Positions 1 through 10,900 of a stretch of 64,000 nucleotides of DNA are shown here, one piece after another. Position numbers and translations under genes: made by a program. Source of the stretch: Fibrobacterales bacterium. GTDB lineage: Bacteria > Fibrobacterota > Fibrobacteria > Fibrobacterales > JAOPTW01. The number at the start of each line of letters is the position of its first letter. Position 1 is the stretch's first letter. The stretch covers positions 1 to 64,000 of the forward strand of contig JAOPTX010000038.1 of the NCBI GenBank assembly GCA_051532055.1, given 5' to 3'. The notes beneath the pieces were generated by a model. That model made no database searches. It was not told the DNA's origin and saw nothing but the letters and a program-made list of their open reading frames with translations.

Positions 1-2
1 TT

Positions 3-1358
3 TCTATTCGTTGGTTAGAGCGATTTCTACAGCAGTGGCCCAATGAGTTTATTCTCATTACCCACGATAGAAAATTTATGGATACTGTATGTACCCATAC
101 CATGGGTATTAACCGAAAGAAGATTAAGAAAATTCTTGGCGGTACGCATAAGTGGCATGAGCAAGTAGCAGAAGAAGAAGAGATATACGAAAAAACTCGT
201 GTGAATGAAGATTCAAAACGTGCTGAAGTTGAGAAGTTTATTGAGCGGTTCCGTGCTAAGGCTAGTAAAGCTCAGGCGGTACAGAGTAAGGTTAAGCTAC
301 TCGAGAAGCAAGGTAAACGAGAAAAGTTAAGTGTTGAAAAAGATCTTAATTTTGCGTTTAGAAAATTTCCGTTTAGCGGAAAGAGATTCCAAAACATTGA
401 AGACCTCTACTTTGGCTATGAGGAAGATAATATTCTGGTAAAAGATATCAGCATGATGATTCACCCAGGAGATCGCATTGCGGTTATCGGGCCAAATGGA
501 AAAGGTAAGTCTACATTTTTAAGCCTCCTTGCCGGTGAGTTAACACCGCTTGGTGGCACAATTACAAATCACGAAGCATTGAAAATCGGTTATTTTGGTC
601 AAACTAATGTAAACCGTCTTGATTTTGAGAGCTCTGTATATGATGAGATTCAATATGCGAACCCAGAACTTAGTATTGCTGAGGGCCGTGGTATCGCAGG
701 ACTCATGATGTTTGAAGGCGACGCTGCTCTTAAAAAAATTGGTGTATTGAGTGGTGGGGAAAAGAGTAGAGTATTACTCGGTAAGATTCTCGCAAGCCCT
801 GTAGGGCTTCTGTTATTGGATGAACCGACGCATCACCTCGACATGCAGTCTGTTGAATCTCTGAAAGGTGCAATTAAACAATTTGAAGGTGCTGTGGTAC
901 TGGTTTCGCACGATGAACTCCTAGTGGGCACTGTAGCAACAAAACTTATTGTCTATGATGATGATACTGTATTTATATTTGATGGGACGTATGATGAGTT
1001 CCTTGAGCAAGTAGGGTGGTCTTTCGAACGACGAGAAGGGACTTCTAAAGTAAAGAAGCCGAAGGCCAATAAAAAAGATCAGCGTAAACAGCGAGCCGAA
1101 CAAAATAGTGAAAAAAATAATGTTCTTGGGCCACTTAAAAAAGAAGTGGAACGTCTCGAACGAGAAGTTACTAATCTCGAAGGGGCGCTTGAGCGTCAAA
1201 ATGAACTTCTTACAGAAGCGAATGAGGCGGGTGACACGAGTACTCTTGCCGAAGTATCTCAAAAAATTGGTGAGCTTCAGAAAAAAATTGATAACAATTT
1301 TGAGGCCTTTGAAGCGGCATCACTTGAACTCGAAGAGAAAGAGAAAGATTTTACATAA
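3..1358 (+). CDS. ABC-F family ATP-binding protein (5' truncated by window edge)
   Basis: Frame is open from position 3 (SIRWLERFLQQWPNEFILITHDRKF, end of first ABC domain). Second cassette has GPNGKGKST, LSGGEK, LLLLDEPT and VSHD, then a C-terminal coiled coil; no TM segments. Confidence 0.92.
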   Translation, partial: SIRWLERFLQQWPNEFILITHDRKFMDTVCTHTMGINRKKIKKILGGTHKWHEQVAEEEEIYEKTRVNEDSKRAEVEKFIERFRAKASKAQAVQSKVKLLEKQGKREKLSVEKDLNFAFRKFPFSGKRFQNIEDLYFGYEEDNILVKDISMMIHPGDRIAVIGPNGKGKSTFLSLLAGELTPLGGTITNHEALKIGYFGQTNVNRLDFESSVYDEIQYANPELSIAEGRGIAGLMMFEGDAALKKIGVLSGGEKSRVLLGKILASPVGLLLLDEPTHHLDMQSVESLKGAIKQFEGAVVLVSHDELLVGTVATKLIVYDDDTVFIFDGTYDEFLEQVGWSFERREGTSKVKKPKANKKDQRKQRAEQNSEKNNVLGPLKKEVERLEREVTNLEGALERQNELLTEANEAGDTSTLAEVSQKIGELQKKIDNNFEAFEAASLELEEKEKDFT

Positions 1359-1377
1359 AAAAGCCCCTTGCGGGGCT
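1357..1377 (-). terminator. Intrinsic terminator (U-tract on minus strand; may be bidirectional)
   Basis: AGCCCC-TTGC-GGGGCT hairpin preceded by A6 on the + strand. Confidence 0.75.
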
Positions 1378-1664
1378 CTATAGGTGTAAAGAAAGAATTA
1401 AAGAGATATGGTGAGAGGCAATCGGTAGATATGGCCTCATAAAGCTAGTGAACAATAATTAAACAATAGTGAGGTTATCAACTTGTCTCTGTTGAAGACC
1501 CCAAAGTACTCTCTCGCATCTGCTGCATTGTTACCCCTCTCGGTGTGTCATGTATCTGAATCAAATGATAGCATATAAAAAGAGCACTCTAAATAGGGTG
1601 CACTTGAAAGAGGTAAAAGAGTGTTCACGCTCTGTGAACAGTAGTGGAATATTTTAATTAATTG

Positions 1665-3224
1665 TTACGGGCAGCCGTCATAAATTGCACAGCAATCAGG
1701 GGCCCCAAAGTCTATAACTCCATCATTATTGATATCTTGAAGTAATTGGCATGTTGAAAGGTCAGTATGAGTTACTTGGCATACAAAGGTATTTTTGCAT
1801 TCTGGTTCGTCGCAATCATTCAGCCCATTATCATCATTGTCGTATCCATCCGAACAGAGTAAGGGGGTCAATTCCATATTTATGTTACAGTAAGACAGAG
1901 GAAGACTATTGTTGATAGAAGGAGGAGTAATGCATTCTATACATCGGGCTTGCGTTGCACAATCAGGGTCAGAGCAATCGTATAATCCATCGCTATCATT
2001 ATCAAATCCATCAATACAAGCATCGGCACTATTTTCTGAAACAAAATAAATATTTGAGAATACATCTTGCTGAGAAAGAGCTGCATCGTATAATCGTATA
2101 TCAGATATAGCACCGTAAAAGAAGTTACTGTTAGTGGTGGTGTCCATAGTTTGAGCGCCCGCAATTGGTTGGTTATTTAAATGTGCCGGAGTGCCATTTC
2201 TCATTCTTTCTTCAATGAGGATACCATTTACTTCCATTGAAATTCGGTCTGGAGTAAGAGTAATGGTGATCATATACCATTGATTTTCCTTAGCTTCAGT
2301 AAATTGAAGTGGGGTATTGTGAGTAACGCCCGTTTGATTTGTCCACTCAAAAGCAATGATATTGTCTTCACTTTTGATAGTATTGAGGGAATATCCCTCT
2401 GTTAATGTACCCATGTCGTCGAAATGTCCCCGATGAAATAATCGGGCTGGAGTGGTGGGGAATGAATCAACTTTGGTAAAAAGACTCAGTGTCATTGTAG
2501 AAGTGTTATGTTTTGCAGTGAATTTAAAACCAATAAACGTAGAATCATGAAAAGAGATTGCTGACTGATACATAAAAAGTTGATTTACCGAAAAATTAAC
2601 TTTACTATTAACATTGTCTCCATTTTTAAAGAGATTTGTTTTGTTGAGAGGGGCGTGAAAAATGAGTTCTCCAGAATGGTCAGTTCCCGATACTTGATTA
2701 AATATATTGGGTATGAAGTGGTTGTCTCCATAGGGTGAAGAGCTGGAGGCTGGAGAGCTACTACTTTCCTGAGAACTATTTGATATTGGCTCTAGAAGCT
2801 CATCAACGGTATCATATCGAGGGGTGATTGGACTTTGGGATACCTCTTTCTTTGCAAGTTGTGTTGGTGAATCTTCATGTACTGTTACACTGTCAACTTC
2901 ACCGATTATGGTGTCATTGAAATAGAAAGCAATGTAATATGTGCCTTCGGGAAGTCGGGAAAAGAGGAACTCCCCTGTGGTTTCAGAGGTGATAGTGAGT
3001 TCTTGAGATTTAACGAGTGTTAAATGAGAAGTGACTTCAAATAAGTGTACAGTAATGTCATCCACAAAGGAATTGTGGCCCTCAGATACCTGAACTTTAA
3101 GAGTAGCGATAGTATTGGTTGTTTGTGTTGCGCCTGCAATACTACCATTATGTTCGTCATCTGGGGAAAGGGTGCAGCCGAAAACGAAAAAGGCAGTACA
3201 TAAGGAGAGTAGAAAAGGGTACAT
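1665..3224 (-). CDS. Lipoprotein with LamG-like domain and C-terminal Cys/Asp-rich CxDGxDNDxxGLxDCxxPxC repeats
   Basis: Lipobox FVFGC, Ser-rich linker, LamG motifs (NQWYMITIT, FFYGAISDIRLYDAALS), and repeats CIDGFDNDSDGLYDCSDPDC and CSDGYDNDDNGLNDCDEPEC. Confidence 0.8.
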   Translation of the reverse strand: MYPFLLSLCTAFFVFGCTLSPDDEHNGSIAGATQTTNTIATLKVQVSEGHNSFVDDITVHLFEVTSHLTLVKSQELTITSETTGEFLFSRLPEGTYYIAFYFNDTIIGEVDSVTVHEDSPTQLAKKEVSQSPITPRYDTVDELLEPISNSSQESSSSPASSSSPYGDNHFIPNIFNQVSGTDHSGELIFHAPLNKTNLFKNGDNVNSKVNFSVNQLFMYQSAISFHDSTFIGFKFTAKHNTSTMTLSLFTKVDSFPTTPARLFHRGHFDDMGTLTEGYSLNTIKSEDNIIAFEWTNQTGVTHNTPLQFTEAKENQWYMITITLTPDRISMEVNGILIEERMRNGTPAHLNNQPIAGAQTMDTTTNSNFFYGAISDIRLYDAALSQQDVFSNIYFVSENSADACIDGFDNDSDGLYDCSDPDCATQARCIECITPPSINNSLPLSYCNINMELTPLLCSDGYDNDDNGLNDCDEPECKNTFVCQVTHTDLSTCQLLQDINNDGVIDFGAPDCCAIYDGCP

Positions 3225-4093
3225 TATTTTTTCTCCACAGTTAAAGGGTATAATTGGATGTTAACATGATAGACACCTTCTGTTTCGGGGTTGTTTTCTG
3301 CGATCTTAAGAAGTTGTGCTTGAAAGTCTTCAATAAGGCGGTTGATCTCGAATAATCCCTGAGCTGATGTACCAATAGTAGTATTTTGAATGTTTCTTTC
3401 ACTAGTGTTAAGTTGATCAAGAGCTGATTTTGCGAGTTCGATAGTTTCTCTCTGAAAATGGTGTACTGCTACCATTCTATTTTCTGGAGGGGTTACTATT
3501 AAGTTGTTGGTAAGCTCATACAAAGTCGGTTTTGATTTGTAGGTGAGGCTCCCTTTTGAAACCTTAGTTTCGATAGCTTTAATGAGTTTGAGGTCGAGTA
3601 ATGTGTTAAATCCAGTTTCAGCTTCTTTTTTTGAAATAGGTGGGTTTAGTTGTTTCCCAAGGAGAGCAAAATCTTTCTTAAAGTCAAAGTAAGTTACTAC
3701 TTCTCTAAGTACAGGAATATACCAGTTATTAAAGTAATCGAATTGTTTTCGCTCAATAATATAGGGGTCGGTAAGGGGGCGAAGGTTTTGAGCAATATCC
3801 CAATAGTAACGTTTTTCGTCAAAGTTTTTACTCTCTTTATAGAGAATAATGGCTTCAAAATACTTCGTTTCTTTTGAATTGAGGTCTAATGCTTTAGCAA
3901 AACTCAGTATCTGTTTTCGTGGAACTTTACGGGTATGATTGAGAATCATTGTAACATAGCTACTTGATTTTAATCCAACCTTTTCTGCAAATGATTTATG
4001 TGAAAAATTTGCGTTGGCCTCTTTTTTAGCATCAAACCATGCATTGAGGTAACGGGTATAATCAATAAAATCATAAATAACAATCTTCTTCAT
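3224..4093 (-). CDS. TIGR02147-family protein (HTH + DUF4423-like)
   Basis: IYDFIDYTRYL...FSHKSFAEKVGLKSSSY HTH, YFNNWYIPVLRE and C-terminal VYHVNIQLYPLT are typical of this Fibrobacter paralogous family. Its stop overlaps the next start (TAATG). Confidence 0.88.
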   Translation of the reverse strand: MKKIVIYDFIDYTRYLNAWFDAKKEANANFSHKSFAEKVGLKSSSYVTMILNHTRKVPRKQILSFAKALDLNSKETKYFEAIILYKESKNFDEKRYYWDIAQNLRPLTDPYIIERKQFDYFNNWYIPVLREVVTYFDFKKDFALLGKQLNPPISKKEAETGFNTLLDLKLIKAIETKVSKGSLTYKSKPTLYELTNNLIVTPPENRMVAVHHFQRETIELAKSALDQLNTSERNIQNTTIGTSAQGLFEINRLIEDFQAQLLKIAENNPETEGVYHVNIQLYPLTVEKK

Positions 4094-4160
4094 AAGCCTT
4101 TCTCTTTGAATACATTTAAAGCTACCTAATCGTTGGAGAAAATGAAATTAAGAACGGTGC

Positions 4161-4286
4161 CCATCACAAAATAGTGATAACAATTTGTGATGGCTTAATA
4201 CCTAATTACTTAATATGTCTATTTAATGCTCAATTAAAGCCCTTTTGTTGGTTATTTTGGTCACAAACTAAAGGTGTATTTTGTGA
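4161..4286. promoter_or_regulatory. Two TCACAAA...TTTGTGA inverted repeats (putative operators) in a divergent promoter region
   Basis: CCATCACAAA-N13-TTTGTGATGG (4161-4193) and TCACAAA-N12-TTTGTGA (4261-4286). Confidence 0.5.
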
Positions 4287-4388
4287 TATTATACATTTGG
4301 TGGACTCTCCATAAGTTATTCCTTGCGGTTTAACCCAATTCATAGGATAATTAGTACATTCATTTATATTAGTGATAACGTGACTCAA

Positions 4389-5063
4389 ATGTTTCATAAA
4401 CAGGCAGAAAATATATATCATACACTCTGTAAAGTGTATCAGGATAGGCACCTGTTACAGGTTGCCGATCTTGCTTTTTTTTCTGAATTACCACAAGATT
4501 TTTATGATGATGTACAGAAAGAACTTATTGATATGCAGTTTTTTCATATAGCAGACTATGAAGATAAAACACTAAATGAATTGGCAGACGATAACCAAAC
4601 TGTTGTTCGTGTTCTGATAGGCCCTGATAACAAAATGTATGCAAATCTCAGTAGCATTTTTAATGTCGAGAAAGGGATTCGAGAGAATATTGTGGATTTT
4701 ACTTCATTTCTCGAGGATGGGACTATTTGTTCAACAGTTAATTCGCTCTCTCCTTCACGACTGACCAATGCTCCAGTAGTTAAAAAAAGATTTTTAGAGG
4801 CTGATACTGAGCTCAATGCTTTAGTTAATGCTCATGAAACACTCTGTTTTGAAGAAGTGTACAAGAGAAAATCTCAATTGGTGATTCTTTCAGGGAGTAC
4901 CGAAGAAGTTTTTAGACAAGCTAATAAAATTCACAAGTCCGAAGCTGAATATAGAGCAACGATCCCCGGTAAACTTTTGTATGATGAATTGCTGAGCTCA
5001 TTTGAATACGACGACCACATTGCCCATACTATGCAGCAGCTTCTGATTCAGCTGGATAATTAA
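4389..5063 (+). CDS. Hypothetical protein
   Basis: Long ORF. ATG at 4389 is preferred over the TTG at 4323. Confidence 0.7.
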   Translation: MFHKQAENIYHTLCKVYQDRHLLQVADLAFFSELPQDFYDDVQKELIDMQFFHIADYEDKTLNELADDNQTVVRVLIGPDNKMYANLSSIFNVEKGIRENIVDFTSFLEDGTICSTVNSLSPSRLTNAPVVKKRFLEADTELNALVNAHETLCFEEVYKRKSQLVILSGSTEEVFRQANKIHKSEAEYRATIPGKLLYDELLSSFEYDDHIAHTMQQLLIQLDN

Positions 5064-5075
5064 GGTCAGCTCAAT

Positions 5076-5522
5076 CTAAGATTTCTTTTTAGGGCCTCTA
5101 AACACAATTGTCTTATAAAGAGTAAATGAGAGAATTGTATAAAATACATTTGCAATTGCTTGGCAGATAAGTGTATGAGTGATAATCCCTTGTATAGACC
5201 TTGGAACATATTTGAACCATACTGTTGGGAGCTCTATGGTGTTCATTGCGACGTTCAGTATCAATAAATTGAGAAAGTAGCAGACCACAAATACAACTAT
5301 AAAAATAGGAAGCTCTTCTTTGTGCGATTTTTCTGTTTTAAAACTCCAAAATTTATTCATAAAGTAAGAGTTTGTTCCGCCTACAATATATCCACTTAAA
5401 TTTGCGATATTGTGATGTACATTAACAAATTCAAGAGAGCGGGCAACAATCAGAAACAAGAGGGTGTTAATAACGCCTACAACAATAAAACGTACAAATT
5501 CACTGTTTAAAACCTTTCTCAT
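5076..5522 (-). CDS. GtrA family membrane protein
   Basis: FVRFIVVGVINT and NSYFMNKFWSF motifs; four hydrophobic helices. Confidence 0.85.
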   Translation of the reverse strand: MRKVLNSEFVRFIVVGVINTLLFLIVARSLEFVNVHHNIANLSGYIVGGTNSYFMNKFWSFKTEKSHKEELPIFIVVFVVCYFLNLLILNVAMNTIELPTVWFKYVPRSIQGIITHTLICQAIANVFYTILSFTLYKTIVFRGPKKKS

Positions 5523-5705
5523 TGGGTAAATCCATTGCCTTTATCTCTCCGGGTCAATGATAAAAAAAAATAATACGAATAGATTAGGCATGATCTATAT
5601 TATTTATTAAATATTTAACGCTGGATTTGTTTTAAGGTCACATCAGGCCAGGTATTCCAGTGGTGGAATGTGGTGTGATACTAGAGGATACCTCTAAAGG
5701 TTAAA

Positions 5706-7235
5706 ATGACAGATATTTACGATCTCATTATTGTAGGCGGCGGTATGAACGGCAGTGCTCTTGCGCGCCTCTCGGCCTTTAATGGGTTAAAGGTACTTTT
5801 ACTCGATCAGAGTGATTTTGCAAGCGGATCAACAAGTAACAACTCAATAGTTGCAAGTGATATGCTCAGTCACCCATCATTTCTTTTTCAAAAAGAGTAT
5901 GTAGAAGAAAAAGAGAATCTCTATAATACCGCCCCAAATGTTGTATGGTTTGAGAAGTTTATATTACCCAGTGTAAAAGAGAATATTAAAGGATCATGGT
6001 TCTCACATCTCATCATTAAGCTCCAGAGTTTTTACTATAGAAATAGATTTTTAAAGCCCGTCTCTAAAATTACCCGTGATACACTTCTCGAAATTGAACC
6101 TCATTTTAGAAATGAAGGTCATAGTGGTGGTTTACAGTATTGGGATTGTATGATACATGATACTCGGCTGGTCATCGAACAGATACTTGATGCCTGTTAT
6201 TATGGTGCTGAAGTACAGAGTTATCACAAAGTTACAGACCTTAAACGGCGTGGAGACATTGTTGAGTTGATTGTCACCGATACGATAAGCGGTATAGAAA
6301 AAGTGTATCAAACTGATGAGCTTGCCTTTACTGCAGGTCCCTGGGTACACAATACCAGTATTCTTGATCGATTTGATGTGGGCCAGACCTCATTTACAAA
6401 AGGAGACCATCTCTTTGTAGAGGGGCTTCCCCTCGATCATTCATTTGTACTTCCGGTACCTGGGATGCGCTACTATTTTCTTATTGTCCCTTGGATGGGT
6501 GGACACCTTGTAGGGAGTATTCAACAAGAGATACAGATGGGCGCTAAACTTACATCAGAGTTTGATTCACATAAAACGATAATGCTCCTTGATTTATTAA
6601 AAGAGTATTTTCCTGGTATACGTCCTCATGTAGTTTGCACTTTTAGCGGACACCGAGAAAATGAGTTTAAATCCTCAGGAGTAAATACTGAATGTATTGA
6701 TGGGCATTACTTTCAAGAACTTGGAGAGGATATTTATTTCGGAACTGGTGGGAAACATCTCTCTCATCGAAGTTTTGCACGTGGATTTCTTCAGTTCATG
6801 TATGATCGTACATTTGCCACCCTCGAAAATAATCGACTTCCAGGGGGTAAAAAATGGGTTACTGGACAAGAGCTATGGGATGAACTCTACTCATATGAGT
6901 CAATTGATGAAGAAACTCTAAAGCATTGGATGTCTATCTATGGATCAAGGGCACTTGATATTATTGCCTTTATTCAGGAGAAGGAGGGAACTCTTGATTC
7001 TTGTGACTACGTCTATTATGAAGCGCTCTTTTGCAAGGAGTTTGAATTTGTACGTAAGCCGGTAGATTTTATGTGTCGTCGGTCAAATTTGGTCTATTCA
7101 AAAAGTGCTGGCCTTGATGTCTACCCTTCAGTGATTAAAGCAATTTGTCCGGAATGTGCGACTGTTGAACTCGATCCAGAAAAGGGGTCATACTACAAAT
7201 ACCTCAGAGAGATCAGACACTGTGCCGTTATATAA
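5706..7235 (+). CDS. FAD-dependent oxidoreductase, divergent glycerol-3-phosphate dehydrogenase (GlpD/GlpA)-like
   Basis: YDLIIVGGGMNG FAD motif, DQSDFASG, HDTRLVI, TAGPWV, KGDHL, GGK and C-terminal PVDFMCRR. Confidence 0.75.
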   Translation: MTDIYDLIIVGGGMNGSALARLSAFNGLKVLLLDQSDFASGSTSNNSIVASDMLSHPSFLFQKEYVEEKENLYNTAPNVVWFEKFILPSVKENIKGSWFSHLIIKLQSFYYRNRFLKPVSKITRDTLLEIEPHFRNEGHSGGLQYWDCMIHDTRLVIEQILDACYYGAEVQSYHKVTDLKRRGDIVELIVTDTISGIEKVYQTDELAFTAGPWVHNTSILDRFDVGQTSFTKGDHLFVEGLPLDHSFVLPVPGMRYYFLIVPWMGGHLVGSIQQEIQMGAKLTSEFDSHKTIMLLDLLKEYFPGIRPHVVCTFSGHRENEFKSSGVNTECIDGHYFQELGEDIYFGTGGKHLSHRSFARGFLQFMYDRTFATLENNRLPGGKKWVTGQELWDELYSYESIDEETLKHWMSIYGSRALDIIAFIQEKEGTLDSCDYVYYEALFCKEFEFVRKPVDFMCRRSNLVYSKSAGLDVYPSVIKAICPECATVELDPEKGSYYKYLREIRHCAVI

Positions 7236-7926
7236 TATTGCACATCGAGGTTTGCACTCAGTGCAACCTGAAAATACACTTGAAGCCTTTTTAGCTGCTT
7301 GGCAGATAGGGGCCCATATGATTGAATGTGATATTCAATTGAGCAGTGATGGGGTGCCGGTTATTTTTCATGACGACACTTTACAACGAATGTGTGGAGT
7401 TAATAAAGCGGTATATGAGTGTACAGCGTTAGAGTTGCAAAGCTATACCATTGGATCTAGTGGTGCTAGGATACCTACCTTATTAGAATTAATGAATATT
7501 GGAGCTGATCGACCGCACTACTTTGAGTTAAAGGTTCCCGATGCTAAAAAAAATGATCATCACTATAAAGATGAGTTGGTGAACAAGGCCTATCACTATT
7601 TTTATGGTTTTAAATGTCTTGAAAAAAGTTTTGTTGCGAGCTTTGATCAAGAACTTTTTCACATTATTCGTTCAAAAAATCTCTTTGATGAAAACTTGGT
7701 TATAACTTTTGAGTATCTTCATGAAGTTGAGACTTATAGAGCCTCTAACGATCACATTAATAATACATCCTACCAATGGAATGGTCTTCTTAAAGAGGAT
7801 ACATCTCTTCTTATTGATTCCCATACTACTTTTGTTTGGGGTGTTGATTCGTCTGAGGAATTACCCGATATAGTTGATTGTGGTATTAGTGGCGTTATTA
7901 CAGATTTTCCAGAAAATATTGTTTAG
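7222..7926 (+). CDS. Glycerophosphodiester phosphodiesterase (GDPD family)
   Basis: IAHRG, PENTLEAF, IECDIQLSSDGVPVIFHD, ELK and GVITDFP motifs. GTG start at 7222 overlaps the end of the upstream gene. Confidence 0.9.
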   Translation: MPLYNIAHRGLHSVQPENTLEAFLAAWQIGAHMIECDIQLSSDGVPVIFHDDTLQRMCGVNKAVYECTALELQSYTIGSSGARIPTLLELMNIGADRPHYFELKVPDAKKNDHHYKDELVNKAYHYFYGFKCLEKSFVASFDQELFHIIRSKNLFDENLVITFEYLHEVETYRASNDHINNTSYQWNGLLKEDTSLLIDSHTTFVWGVDSSEELPDIVDCGISGVITDFPENIV

Positions 7927-7954
7927 AAAAAGGTTGCCTCCAATTAGGCAACCT
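7927..7954. terminator. Hairpin terminator between convergent genes
   Basis: AGGTTGCCT-CCAATT-AGGCAACCT with a flanking A-run. Confidence 0.7.
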
Positions 7955-7982
7955 CAAATAAACTCTCATTATTATGCAATGA

Positions 7983-10900
7983 TTAATTTTGCCCAGTTCT
8001 AATATAGCCAAAACGGTCTCTTCTCACTTTACGAGGAGTTGCCCCACTCGGGTAATGTATTGAGTATTCAAAAATGGAGAGGTAGACACCATTACCTACT
8101 AATCTTCCATCTTCAGAAACAGGGTCCCAGCCAATCCATAGCCAACGATCGACATCAGGATTTGTACAGTCACCATCAAATATCTTATCGGTGCACTCAA
8201 TCATTTTGCGATTCTGAGCGACAAATTCACCTAAGTTACTATAGATTGTCATGCGGTATGAAAAGCTCAGGTGGTCTTTTATTTCATCATCCGGTATTGA
8301 TTTAAATGCCTTTTTATCGATACTTCCTTGAATAATATTCCACCAATTACCTTGAACCAAAATACCGACTTGTTGGTACTTTTTTGAGGTTTCAAGGGCG
8401 AGTGCTTTTGTTGTTTGACCGATACTATCATTTATTATTGTTCTCGCATAAAAAGCAGAACCATTGTTTTGCTCGAAATTATCGAGTTTTTCTTGACCAC
8501 TCACATACTCTTGATAAGGATTAATACCCGCCTCAGGCTCCATTCGTCCTTTGATGACAACCCATGGTGCATTATCTCCTGGGGAATTACCGTGAGCATC
8601 AATGACATAGCGCGTATTAGATCTTAAACGTATTGAGTCAGCAGGGGTAAGACGAAAGGTGTTTGAAGACTTATCGAGATATGTGAGAGTTTGATCTTTT
8701 TGGCTCCAGTCAGAGTCCTCTGCTTCAAGAATAGTAGTAGTCCCCGCTGTGTTACTTTCAGAATCTTTATGTTTAAAAAAGTAATTCTCTCGACCTTTGT
8801 TGATCATATCTTTTGTTTCAACTTCTTCTGAAAAACTTAAGAAGAGTGAATCAATAGGAGCTCCGGTTTTACTGTCCTTCGCGGCGCCTTTAACGAGAAG
8901 GGCGCTTTTAATAACGGGGGACATTTTATCTTCCATGTTTATTGTATCGGTTTTAGTAGTGATTTTAATGTCAGTAGTGTCGAAAGTTGATATTACTATT
9001 GTTTCAACGATAGTATCAAGACTTTCACTGATAAGTGTACGTTCTTGTTCTTTTGTGATAGTGTCGATAATGTAATTAGTGTCAATATTGAAAACTGTAG
9101 CAGTAGAAAATTCCTCATCATAGATGTAGGTCATATATGGTTTTATGTTTAATGATGCCGGGACATTCCAATACATTCGGTATGGGTCTTCTGGGTCTGG
9201 GGTCCAGTCTGAAGAGGTGGGGTGAAGTTCAATAACAGAATTTTCTTTATTTATCCATTGGAAGAGCACATCATTGCCACCAAACTCAGCACTGACTATT
9301 GGCCAACTGTACACAAGACTTATGCGGTCCATGATGCCGTCTTCATTCATATCTAAAAAGTAATGTCCGTATCGGCGTGGAATATTCTCAATAGATATTT
9401 CTTCTACTGGTACTTTAATGTTTGGGTCGCCAGGAATATTTCCCTGTCTATCTTGGAGCCCTGAAAGAGGGTACAGTGAAATACTGTCGCCTTCCACAAT
9501 CGTAAATTGGGAAACATCAATAGTGAAATCCCATATTTCACTTCTTTGGTTATCGATGACAGAAGATACTTGGACAATAGAATCGTTTATGATAAATACC
9601 CAATCTTCAGCCCTGACATTTTCAACAGGTTCACTAAATGTGACGGTCAAGGTGTCTTCTCCATGGCCATCTTCTAATAAAGGATCTTTTTTAATAACCG
9701 TGTGAATAATAACGGGGCCTATCATGTCATCCAGTTCACGCTGACTTTCAAAGCGTTTGCCTCCTTTTTCATAAAAGAATGCATCGGCATAACCACCAAT
9801 ATTGGTAAAATAGCCCGCGTTGGCATAGGTGAAATTTCGAGTAATAACAAGAGTGCTATCTCCAGGAGTGAGTGTGCTCCAGTCGTCAGGAGTGAAGGTT
9901 GTTGATTGACAATCATCATCAGATTTCCCGATGCAAAGAGTAATCTCCTCTGGCTCACCTTGCCAGTTGCCAATAGAGATTACAACACTATCAGCCCAGC
10001 CGTCACTTACAGAGTTAAGCTTGGCTTCTTTAATGTAAGTACCATTATCATAAATTTCTGCAAGTTTGATGTAAGGCCCATCGACTTCGGTAAATGTTAT
10101 TGAAGGGGTGAGAACTGATTGCTCATTGCCTTGATTGGTACCTGTACCATCATAGATTACGGTTAATTTAAGATCATCAATTGAGAGGACGTCGTTATCT
10201 GGTGTTATTTCAAACGAGAATATTCCGTTACTGTATGATTTCTTATAATCTTTAAGTTCAATGGAATTGTTAGGGAGAGATATGGCGTAGGAGTCATCAC
10301 ACTCTGTACATATAAATTCGGTACCATCTGACGTTTTATCCATGATGATTGTGTAGAGTCTCACAGACTCATTAGTAGGAAGAGTGTATGAAGAATCGAT
10401 TGGATTGCCTTCTGAATCAGTAAAAACAATCGAGTAGGGTGGGTATTTGGGGGCAATAAACGCAACAGAATCTAATTGAGGTTTACTCGAAGTTGATGAG
10501 ATGCTCTCATGAATAATGTAGTAGGTACTATCCGCTTTAAGGCCATTGATTTTAGGGACATCTAGAGTGAATTGAAAACCATTCATGTCAATAGATATAC
10601 CTTGATAGTATGTACTTCCTTTTTCTAATTCTTCATCAGTTACATCAACTACTCCATCTCTACTTAAGTAAAACTTTGAAATTTTTGAAATGATAGTACT
10701 TTGTGCCTGGCAGCCATTAGTGGGTTCTTCACCATCTGTTATAGTATACTGAGTACTCGATTTTGTATGACCGTATTTGATAGGTTGATCAAAATCGATA
10801 TCTGTTTGTATCTGAATATTTGATTGTAAAGTATGTCGCTCACAATAGAAAAGGTCAAAGGTGTGGCGTGAGCCAATAGTGTTTGTTCCCTCGCCTGCAA

